64,000 nucleotides of DNA from Eledone cirrhosa (Eukaryota). Within the stretch, counting starts at the first letter, position 1; every line of letters begins with the position of its first letter. Shown piece after piece: positions 10,635 to 22,600 of this stretch. Location of the stretch: NCBI GenBank assembly GCA_964016885.1, contig OZ024741.1, positions 169,446,001-169,510,000 on the forward strand, read 5' to 3'. Position numbers and translations under genes: made by a program. Below the pieces are notes generated by a model. The model was not told where the DNA came from, did not search any database, and worked only from the letters and a program-made list of their open reading frames with translations.

Positions 10635-10659
10635 ATATAAATTAACCGTGAGAGACACT

Positions 10660-13600
10660 GAATTTCAGCAAGATATCTCCGTAAAATCAATAGTTGTGGC
10701 TGTGGAACCAAACCGTGTTAAACGTCAACAAAGTCGGTGAGCGTAAGTTTGTTTACATTGAACTCGTGGTGGGATCGATCTGTAATTACTGGTACATGTG
10801 CAGACACACATTGCTTGTGTGTGGTGTGATTTTCAAAAAAAACTGCCCATGCTAAATGAGGCAGCTGAAGTCCGGCGGCGAATGGTGTGCTTCGAAGAAA
10901 ACGAATCCAAAAATGACGATTAGCCGGCGGATTTACCTTTTCAATCGCGGGCCGGCCGCCCGTGGTCGGATCGATCTGTAATTACTGGTACATGTGCAGA
11001 CACTCATTGGCTATGTGTGGCGTGAATTTCAGCAAGATATCTCCGTAAAATCAATAGTTGTGGCTGTGGAACCAAACCGTGTTAAACGTCAACAAAGTCC
11101 GCCGGCGAATGGTGTGCTTCGAAGAAAACGAATCCAAAAATGACGATTAGCCGGCGGATTTACCTTTTCAATCGCGGGCCGGCCGCCCGTGGTCGGATCG
11201 ATCTGTAATTACTGGTACATGTGCAGACACTCATTGGCTATGTGTGGCGTGAATTTCAGCAAGATATCTCCGTAAAATCAATAGTTGTGGCTGTGGAACC
11301 AAACCGTGTTAAACGTCAACAAAGTCCGCCGGCGAATGGTGTGCTTCGAAGAAAACGAATCCAAAAATGACGATTAGCCGGCGGATTTACCTTTTCAATC
11401 GCGGGCCGGCCGCCCGTGGTCGGATCGATCTGTAATTACTGGTACATGTGCAGACACTCATTGGCTATGTGTGGCGTGAATTTCAGCAAGATATCTCCGT
11501 AAAATCAATAGTTGTGGCTGTGGAACCAAACGGTGTTAAACGTCAACAAAGTCCGCCGGCGAATGGTGTGCTTCGAAGAAAACGAATCCAAAAATGACGA
11601 TTAGCCGGCGGATTTACCTTTTCAATCGCGGGCCGGCCGCCCGTGGTCGGATCGATCTGTAATTACTGGTACATGTGCAGACACTCATTGGCTATGTGTG
11701 GCGTGAATTTCAGCAAGATATCTCCGTAAAATCAATAGTTGTGGCTGTGGAACCAAACCGTGTTAAACGTCAACAAAGTCCGCCGGCGAATGGTGTGCTT
11801 CGAAGAAAACGAATCCAAAAATGACGATTAGCCGGCGGATTTACCTTTTCAATCGCGGGCCGGCCGCCCGTGGTCGGATCGATCTGTAATTACTGGTACA
11901 TGTGCAGACACTCATTGGCTATGTGTGGCGTGAATTTCAGCAAGATATCTCCGTAAAATCAATAGTTGTGGCTGTGGAACCAAACGGTGTTAAACGTCAA
12001 CAAAGTCCGCCGGCGAATGGTGTGCTTCGAAGAAAACGAATCCAAAAATGACGATTAGCCGGCGGATTTACCTTTTCAATCGCGGGCCGGCCGCCCGTGG
12101 TCGGATCGATCTGTAATTACTGGTACTTGTGCAGACACTCATTGGCTATGTGTGGCGTGAATTTCAGCAAGATATCTCCGTAAAATCAATAGTTGTGGCT
12201 GTGGAACCAAACCGTGTTAAACGTCAACAAAGTCCGCCCGCGAATGGTGTGCTTCGAAGAAAACGAATCCAAAAATGACGATTAGCCGGCGGATTTACCT
12301 TTTCAATCGCGGGCCGGCCGCCCGTGGTCGGATCGATCTGTAATTACTGGTACATGTGCAGACACTCATTGGCTATGTGTGGCGTGAATTTCAGCAAGAT
12401 ATCTCCGTAAAATCAATAGTTGTGGCTGTGGAACCAAACCGTGTTAAACGTCAACAAAGTCCGCCGGCGAATGGTGTGCTTCGAAGAAAACGAATCCAAA
12501 AATGACGATTAGCCGGCGGATTTACCTTTTCAATCGCGGGCCGGCCGCCCGTGGTCGGATCGATCTGTAATTACTGGTACATGTGCAGACACTCATTGGC
12601 TATGTGTGGCGTGAATTTCAGCAAGATATCTCCGTAAAATCAATAGTTGTGGCTGTGGAACCAAACCGTGTTAAACGTCAACAAAGTCCGCCGGCGAATG
12701 GTGTGCTTCGAAGAAAACGAATCCAAAAATGACGATTAGCCGGCGGATTTACCTTTTCAATCGCGGGCCGGCCGCCCGTGGTCGGATCGATCTGTAATTA
12801 CTGGTACATGTGCAGACACTCATTGGCTATGTGTGGCGTGAATTTCAGCAAGATATCTCCGTAAAATCAATAGTTGTGGCTGTGGAACCAAACCGTGTTA
12901 AACGTCAACAAAGTCCGCCGGCGAATGGTGTGCTTCGAAGAAAACGAATCCAAAAATGACGATTAGCCGGCGGATTTACCTTTTCAATCGCGGGCCGGCC
13001 GCCCGTGGTCGGATCGATCTGTAATTACTGGTACATGTGCAGACACTCATTGGCTATGTGTGGCGTGAATTTCAGCAAGATATCTCCGTAAAATCAATAG
13101 TTGTGGCTGTGGAACCAAACCGTGTTAAACGTCAACAAAGTCCGCCGGCGAATGGTGTGCTTCGAAGAAAACGAATCCAAAAATGACGATTAGCCGGCGG
13201 ATTTACCTTTTCAATCGCGGGCCGGCCGCCCGTGGTCGGATCGATCTGTAATTACTGGTACATGTGCAGACACTCATTGGCTATGTGTGGCGTGAATTTC
13301 AGCAAGATATCTCCGTAAAATCAATAGTTGTGGCTGTGGAACCAAACGGTGTTAAACGTCAACAAAGTCCGCCGGCGAATGGTGTGCTTCGAAGAAAACG
13401 AATCCAAAAATGACGATTAGCCGGCGGATTTACCTTTTCAATCGCGGGCCGGCCGCCCGTGGTCGGATCGATCTGTAATTACTGGTACTTGTGCAGACAC
13501 TCATTGGCTATGTGTGGCGTGAATTTCAGCAAGATATCTCCGTAAAATCAATAGTTGTGGCTGTGGAACCAAACCGTGTTAAACGTCAACAAAGTCCGCC

Positions 13601-16600
13601 CGCGAATGGTGTGCTTCGAAGAAAACGAATCCAAAAATGACGATTAGCCGGCGGATTTACCTTTTCAATCGCGGGCCGGCCGCCCGTGGTCGGATCGATC
13701 TGTAATTACTGGTACATGTGCAGACACTCATTGGCTATGTGTGGCGTGAATTTCAGCAAGATATCTCCGTAAAATCAATAGTTGTGGCTGTGGAACCAAA
13801 CGGTGTTAAACGTCAACAAAGTCCGCCGGCGAATGGTGTGCTTCGAAGAAAACGAATCCAAAAATGACGATTAGCCGGCGGATTTACCTTTTCAATCGCG
13901 GGCCGGCCGCCCGTGGTCGGATCGATCTGTAATTACTGGTACATGTGCAGACACTCATTGGCTATGTGAGGCGTGAATTTCAGCAAGATATCTCCGTAAA
14001 ATCAATAGTTATGGCTGTGGAACCAAACAGTGTTAAACGTCAACAAAGTCCGCCGGCGAATGGTGTGCTTCGAAGAAAACGAATCCAAAAATGACGATTA
14101 GCCGGCGGATTTACCTTTTCAATCACGGGCCGGCCGCCCGTGGTCGGATCGATCTGTAATTACTGGTACATGTGCAGACACTCATTGGCTATGTGTGGCG
14201 TGAATTTCAGCAAGATATCTCCGTAAAATCAATAGTTGTGGCTGTGGAACCAAACCGTGTTAAACGTCAACAAAGTCCGCCGGCGAATGGTGTGCTTCGA
14301 AGAAAACGAATCCAAAAATGACGATTAGCCGGCGGATTTACCTTTTCAATCGCGGGCCGGCCGCCCGTGGTCGGATCGATCTGTAATTACTGGTACATGT
14401 GCAGACACTCATTGGCTATGTGTGGCGTGAATTTCAGCAAGATATCTCCGTAAAATCAATAGTTGTGGCTGTGGAACCAAACCGTGTTAAACGTCAACAA
14501 AGTCCGCCCGCGAATGGTGTGCTTCGAAGAAAACGAATCCAAAAATGACGATTAGCCGGCGGATTTACCTTTTCAATCGCGGGCCGGCCGCCCGTGGTCG
14601 GATCGATCTGTAATTACTGGTACATGTGCAGACACTCATTGGCTATGTGTGGCGTGAATTTCAGCAAGATATCTCCGTAAAATCAATAGTTGTGGCTGTG
14701 GAACCAAACCGTGTTAAACGTCAACAAAGTCCGCCCGCGAATGGTGTGCTTCGAAGAAAACGAATCCAAAAATGACGATTAGCCGGCGGATTTACCTTTT
14801 CAATCGCGGGCCGGCCGCCCGTGGTCGGATCGATCTGTAATTACTGGTACATGTGCAGACACTCATTGGCTATGTGTGGCGTGAATTTCAGCAAGATATC
14901 TCCGTAAAATCAATAGTTGTGGCTGTGGAACCAAACCGTGTTAAACGTCAACAAAGTCCGCCCGCGAATGGTGTGCTTCGAAGAAAACGAATCCAAAAAT
15001 GACGATTAGCCGGCGGATTTACCTTTTCAATCGCGGGCCGGCCGCCCGTGGTCGGATCGATCTGTAATTACTGGTACATGTGCAGACACTCATTGGCTAT
15101 GTGTGGCGTGAATTTCAGCAAGATATCTCCGTAAAATCAATAGTTGTGGCTGTGGAACCAAACGGTGTTAAACGTCAACAAAGTCCGCCGGCGAATGGTG
15201 TGCTTCGAAGAAAACGAATCCAAAAATGACGATTAGCCGGCGGATTTACCTTTTCAATCGCGGGCCGGCCGCCCGTGGTCGGATCGATCTGTAATTACTT
15301 GTACATGTGCAGACACTCATTGGCTATGTGTGGCGTGAATTTCAGCAAGATATCTCCGTAAAATCAATAGTTGTGGCTGTGGAACCAAACCGTGTTAAAC
15401 GTCAACAAAGTCCGCCCGCGAATGGTGTGCTTCGAAGAAAACGAATCCAAAAATGACGATTAGCCGGCGGATTTACCTTTTCAATCGCGGGCCGGCCGCC
15501 CGTGGTCGGATCGATCTGTAATTACTGGTACATGTGCAGACACTCATTGGCTATGTGTGGCGTGAATTTCAGCAAGATATCTCCGTAAAATCAATAGTTG
15601 TGGCTGTGGAACCAAACCGTGTTAAACGTCAACAAAGTCCGCCCGCGAATGGTGTGCTTCGAAGAAAACGAATCCAAAAATGACGATTAGCCGGCGGATT
15701 TACCTTTTCAATCGCGGGCCGGCCGCCCGTGGTCGGATCGATCTGTAATTACTGGTACATGTGCAGACACTCATTGGCTATGTGAGGCGTGAATTTCAGC
15801 AAGATATCTCCGTAAAATCAATAGTTGTGGCTGTGGAACCAAACCGTGTTAAACGTCAACAAAGTCCGCCGGCGAATGGTGTGCTTCGAAGAAAACGAAT
15901 CCAAAAATGACGATTAGCCGGCGGATTTACCTTTTCAATCGCGGGCCGGCCGCCCGTGGTCGGATCGATCTGTAATTACTGGTACATGTGCAGACACTCA
16001 TTGGCTATGTGTGGCGTGAATTTCAGCAAGATATCTCCGTAAAATCAATAGTTGTGGCTGTGGAACCAAACCGTGTTAAACGTCAACAAAGTCCGCCCGC
16101 GAATGGTGTGCTTCGAAGAAAACGAATCCAAAAATGACGATTAGCCGGCGGATTTACCTTTTCAATCGCGGGCCGGCCGCCCGTGGTCGGATCGATCTGT
16201 AATTACTGGTACATGTGCAGACACTCATTGGCTATGTGTGGCGTGAATTTCAGCAAGATATCTCCGTAAAATCAATAGTTGTGGCTGTGGAACCAAACCG
16301 TGTTAAACGTCAACAAAGTCCGCCCGCGAATGGTGTGCTTCGAAGAAAACGAATCCAAAAATGACGATTAGCCGGCGGATTTACCTTTTCAATCGCGGGC
16401 CGGCCGCCCGTGGTCGGATCGATCTGTAATTACTTGTACATGTGCAGACACTCATTGGCTATGTGTGGCGTGAATTTCAGCAAGATATCTCCGTAAAATC
16501 AATAGTTGTGGCTGTGGAACCAAACGGTGTTAAACGTCAACAAAGTCCGCCCGCGAATGGTGTGCTTCGAAGAAAACGAATCCAAAAATGACGATTAGCC

Positions 16601-19600
16601 GGCGGATTTACCTTTTCAATCGCGGGCCGGCCGCCCGTGGTCGGATCGATCTGTAATTACTGGTACATGTGCAGACACTCATTGGCTATGTGTGGCGTGA
16701 ATTTCAGCAAGATATCTCCGTAAAATCAATAGTTGTGGCTGTGGAACCAAACCGTGTTAAACGTCAACAAAGTCCGCCGGCGAATGGTGTGCTTCAAGAA
16801 AACGAATCCAAAAATGTAGATTAGCCGGCGGATTTACCTTTTCAATCGCGGGCCGGCCGCCCGTGGTCGGATCGATCTGTAATTACTGGTACATGTGCAG
16901 ACACTCATTGGCTATGTGTGGCGTGAATTTCAGCAAGATATCTCCGTAAAATCAATAGTTGTGGCTGTGGAACCAAACGGTGTTAAACGTCAACAAAGTC
17001 CGCCGGCGAATGGTGTGCTTCGAAGAAAACGAATCCAAAAATGACGATTAGCCGGCGGATTTACCTTTTCAATCGCGGGCCGGCCGCCCGTGGTCGGATC
17101 GATCTGTAATTACTGGTACATGTGCAGACACTCATTGGCTATGTGTGGCGTGAATTTCAGCAAGATATCTCCGTAAAATCAATAGTTGTGGCTGTGGAAC
17201 CAAACCGTGTTAAACGTCAACAAAGTCCGCCCGCGAATGGTGTGCTTCGAAGAAAACGAATCCAAAAATGACGATTAGCCGGCGGATTTACCTTTTCAAT
17301 CGCGGGCCGGCCGCCCGTGGTCGGATCGATCTGTAATTACTGGTACATGTGCAGACACTCATTGGCTATGTGTGGCGTGAATTTCAGCAAGATATCTCCG
17401 TAAAATCAATAGTTGTGGCTGTGGAACCAAACCGTGTTAAACGTCAACAAAGTCCGCCCGCGAATGGTGTGCTTCGAAGAAAACGAATCCAAAAATGACG
17501 ATTAGCCGGCGGATTTACCTTTTCAATCGCGGGCCGGCCGCCCGTGGCGGATCGATCTGTAATTACTGGTACATGTGCAGACACTCATTGGCTATGTGTG
17601 GCGTGAATTTCAGCAAGATATCTCCGTAAAATCAATAGTTGTGGCTGTGGAACCAAACCGTGTTAAACGTCAACAAAGTCCGCCGGCGAATGGTGTGCTT
17701 CGAAGAAAACGAATCCAAAATTGACGATTAGCCGGCGGATTTACCTTTTCAATCGCGGGCCGGCCGCCCGTGGTCGGATCGATCTGTAATTACTGGTACA
17801 TGTGCAGACACTCATTGGCTATGTGTGGCGTGAATTTCAGCAAGATATCTCCGTAAAATCAATAGTTGTGGCTGTGGAACCAAACCGTGTTAAACGTCAA
17901 CAAAGTCCGCCCGGCGAATGGTGTGCTTCGAAGAAAACGAATCCAAAAATGACGATTAGCCGGCGGATTTACCTTTTCAATCGCGGGCCGGCCGCCCGTG
18001 GTCGGATCGATCTGTAATTACTGGTACATGTGCAGACACTCATTGGCTATGTGTGGCGTGAATTTCAGCAAGATATCTCCGTAAAATCAATAGTTGTGGC
18101 TGTGGAACCAAACCGTGTTAAACGTCAACAAAGTCCGCCGCGAATGGTGTGCTTCGAAGAAAACGAATCCAAAAATGACGATTAGCCGGCGGATTTACCT
18201 TTTCAATCGCGGGCCGGCCGCCCGTGGTCGGATCGATCTGTAATTACTGGTACATGTGCAGACACTCATTGGCTATGTGTGGCGTGAATTTCAGCAAGAT
18301 ATCTCCGTAAAATCAATAGTTGTGGCTGTGGAACCAAACCGTGTTAAACGTCAACAAAGTCCGCCCGGCGAATGGTGTGCTTCGAAGAAAACGAATCCAA
18401 AAATGACGATTAGCCGGCGGATTTACCTTTTCAATCGCGGGCCGGCCGCCCGTGGTCGGATCGATCTGTAATTACTGGTACATGTGCAGACACTCATTGG
18501 CTATGTGTGGCGTGAATTTCAGCAAGATATCTCCGTAAAATCAATAGTTGTGGCTGTGGAACCAAACCGTGTTAAACGTCAACAAAGTCCGCCCGCGAAT
18601 GGTGTGCTTCGAAGAAAACGAATCCAAAAATGACGATTAGCCGGCGGATTTACCTTTTCAATCGCGGGCCGGCCGCCCGTGGTCGGATCGATCTGTAATT
18701 ACTGGTACATGTGCAGACACTCATTGGCTATGTGTGGCGTGAATTTCAGCAAGATATCTCCGTAAAATCAATAGTTGTGGCTGTGGAACCAAACCGTGTT
18801 AAACGTCAACAAAGTCCGCCCGCGAATGGTGTGCTTCGAAGAAAACGAATCCAAAATGACGATTAGCCGGCGGATTTACCTTTTCAATCGCGGGCCGGCC
18901 GCCCGTGGTCGGATCGATCTGTAATTACTGGTACATGTGCAGACACTCATTGGCTATGTGTGGCGTGAATTTCAGCAAGATATCTCCGTAAAATCAATAG
19001 TTGTGGCTGTGGAACCAAACCGGTGTTAAACGTCAACAAAGTCCGCCGGCGAATGGTGTGCTTCGAAGAAAACGAATCCAAAAATGACGATTAGCCGGCG
19101 GATTTACCTTTTCAATCGCGGGCCGGCCGCCGTGGTCGGATCGATCTGTAATTACTGGTACATGTGCAGACACTCATTGGCTATGTGTGGCGTGAATTTC
19201 AGCAAGATATCTCCGTAAAATCAATAGTTGTGGCTGTGGAACCAAACCGTGTTAAACGTCAACAAAGTCCGCCCGCGAATGGTGTGCTTCGAAGAAAACG
19301 AATCCAAAAATGACGATTAGCCGGCGGATTTACCTTTTCAATCGCGGGCCGGCCGCCCGTGGTCGGATCGATCTGTAATTACTGGTACATGTGCAGACAC
19401 TCATTGGCTATGTGTGGCGTGAATTTCAGCAAGATATCTCCGTAAAATCAATAGTTGTGGCTGTGGAACCAAACCGTGTTAAACGTCAACAAAGTCCGCC
19501 CGCGAATGGTGTGCTTCGAAGAAAACGAATCCAAAAATGACGATTAGCCGGCGGATTTACCTTTTCAATCGCGGGCCGGCCGCCCGTGGTCGGATCGATC

Positions 19601-22600
19601 TGTAATTACTGGTACATGTGCAGACACTCATTGGCTATGTGTGGCGTGAATTTCAGCAAGATATCTCCGTAAAATCAATAGTTGTGGCTGTGGAACCAAA
19701 CCGTGTTAAACGTCAACAAAGTCCGCCCGGCGAATGGTGTGCTTCGAAGAAAACGAATCCAAAAATGACGATTAGCCGGCGGATTTACCTTTTCAATCGC
19801 GGGCCGGCCGCCCGTGGTCGGATCGATCTGTAATTACTTGTACATGTGCAGACACTCATTGGCTATGTGTGGCGTGAATTTCAGCAAGATATCTCCGTAA
19901 AATCAATAGTTGTGGCTGTGGAACCAAACCGTGTTAAACGTCAACAAAGTCCGCCCGCGAATGGTGTGCTTCGAAGAAAACGAATCCAAAAATGACGATT
20001 AGCGGCGGATTTACCTTTTCAATCGCGGGCCGGCCGCCCGTGGTCGGATCGATCTGTAATTACTGGTACATGTGCAGACACTCATTGGCTATGTGTGGCG
20101 TGAATTTCAGCAAGATATCTCCGTAAAATCAATAGTTGTGGCTGTGGAACCAAACCGTGTTAAACGTCAACAAAGTCCGCCCGCGAATGGTGTGCTTCGA
20201 AGAAAACGAATCCAAAAATGACGATTAGCCGGCGGATTTACCTTTTCAATCGCGGGCCGGCCGCCCGTGGTCGGATCGATCTGTAATTACTGGTACATGT
20301 GCAGACACTCATTGGCTATGTGTGGCGTGAATTTCAGCAAGATATCTCCGTAAAATCAATAGTTGTGGCTGTGGAACCAAACCGTGTTAAACGTCAACAA
20401 AGTCCGCCGGCGAATGGTGTGCTTCGAAGAAAACGAATCCAAAAATGACGATTAGCCGGCGGATTTACCTTTTCAATCGCGGGCCGGCCGCCCGTGGTCG
20501 GATCGATCTGTAATTACTGGTACATGTGCAGACACTCATTGGCTATGTGTGGCGTGAATTTCAGCAAGATATCTCCGTAAAATCAATAGTTGTGGCTGTG
20601 GAACCAAACCGTGTTAAACGTCAACAAAGTCCGCCGCGAATGGTGTGCTTCGAAGAAAACGAATCCAAAAATGACGATTAGCCGGCGGATTTACCTTTTC
20701 AATCGCGGGCCGGCCGCCCGTGGTCGGATCGATCTGTAATTACTGGTACATGTGCAGACACTCATTGGCTATGTGTGGCGTGAATTTCAGCAAGATATCT
20801 CCGTAAAATCAATAGTTGTGGCTGTGGAACCAAACCGTGTTAAACGTCAACAAAGTCCGCCGGCGAATGGTGTGCTTCGAAGAAAACGAATCCAAAAAAT
20901 GACGATTAGCCGGCGGATTTACCTTTTCAATCGCGGGCCGGCCGCCCGTGGTCGGATCGATCTGTAATTACTGGTACATGTGCAGACACTCATTGGCTAT
21001 GTGTGGCGTGAATTTCAGCAAGATATCTCCGTAAAATCAATAGTTGTGGCTGTGGAACCAAACCGTGTTAAACGTCAACAAAGTCCGCCGGCGAATGGTG
21101 TGCTTCGAAGAAAACGAATCCAAAAATGACGATTAGCCGGCGGATTTACCTTTTCAATCGCGGGCGGCCGCCCGTGGTCGGATCGATCTGTAATTACTGG
21201 TACATGTGCAGACACTCATTGGCTATGTGTGGCGTGAATTTCAGCAAGATATCTCCGTAAAATCAATAGTTGTGGCTGTGGAACCAAACCGTGTTAAACG
21301 TCAACAAAGTCCGCCCGCGAATGGTGTGCTTCGAAGAAAACGAATCCAAAAATGACGATTAGCCGGCGGATTTACCTTTTCAATCGCGGGCCGGCCGCCC
21401 GTGGTCGGATCGATCTGTAATTACTTGTACATGTGCAGACACTCATTGGCTATGTGTGGCGTGAATTTCAGCAAGATATCTCCGTAAAATCAATAGTTGT
21501 GGCTGTGGAACCAAACCGTGTTAAACGTCAACAAAGTCCGCCGGCGAATGGTGTGCTTCGAAGAAAACGAATCCAAAAATGACGATTAGCCGGCGGATTT
21601 ACCTTTTCAATCGCGGGCCGGCCGCCCGTGGTCGGATCGATCTGTAATTACTGGTACATGTGCAGACACTCATTGGCTATGTGTGGCGTGAATTTCAGCA
21701 AGATATCTCCGTAAAATCAATAGTTGTGGCTGTGGAACCAAACCGTGTTAAACGTCAAACAAAGTCCGCCGGCGAATGGTGTGCTTCGAAGAAAACGAAT
21801 CCAAAAATGACGATTAGCCGGCGGATTTACCTTTTCAATCGCGGGCCGGCCGCCCGTGGTCGGATCGATCTGTAATTACTGGTACATGTGCAGACACTCA
21901 TTGGCTATGTGTGGCGTGAATTTCAGCAAGATATCTCCGTAAAATCAATAGTTGTGGCTGTGGAACCAAACCGTGTTAAACGTCAACAAAGTCCGCCGGC
22001 GAATGGTGTGGCTTCGAAGAAAACGAATCCAAAAATGACGATTAGCCGGCGGATTTACCTTTTCAATCGCGGGCCGGCCGCCCGTGGTCGGATCGATCTG
22101 TAATTACTGGTACATGTGCAGACACTCATTGGCTATGTGTGGCGTGAATTTCAGCAAGATATCTCCGTAAAATCAATAGTTGTGGCTGTGGAACCAAACC
22201 GTGTTAAACGTCAACAAAGTCCGCCCGCGAATGGTGTGCTTCGAAGAAAACGAATCCAAAAATGACGATTAGCCGGCGGATTTACCTTTTCAATCGCGGG
22301 CCGGCCGCCCGTGGTCGGATCGATCTGTAATTACTGGTACATGTGCAGACACTCATTGCTATGTGTGGCGTGAATTTCAGCAAGATATCTCCGTAAAATC
22401 AATAGTTGTGGCTGTGGAACCAAACGGTGTTAAACGTCAACAAAGTCCGCCGGCGAATGGTGTGCTTCGAAGAAAACGAATCCAAAAATGACGATTAGCC
22501 GGCGGATTTACCTTTTCAATCGCGGGCCGGCCGCCCGTGGTCGGATCGATCTGTAATTACTGGTACATGTGCAGACACTCATTGGCTATGTGTGGCGTGA

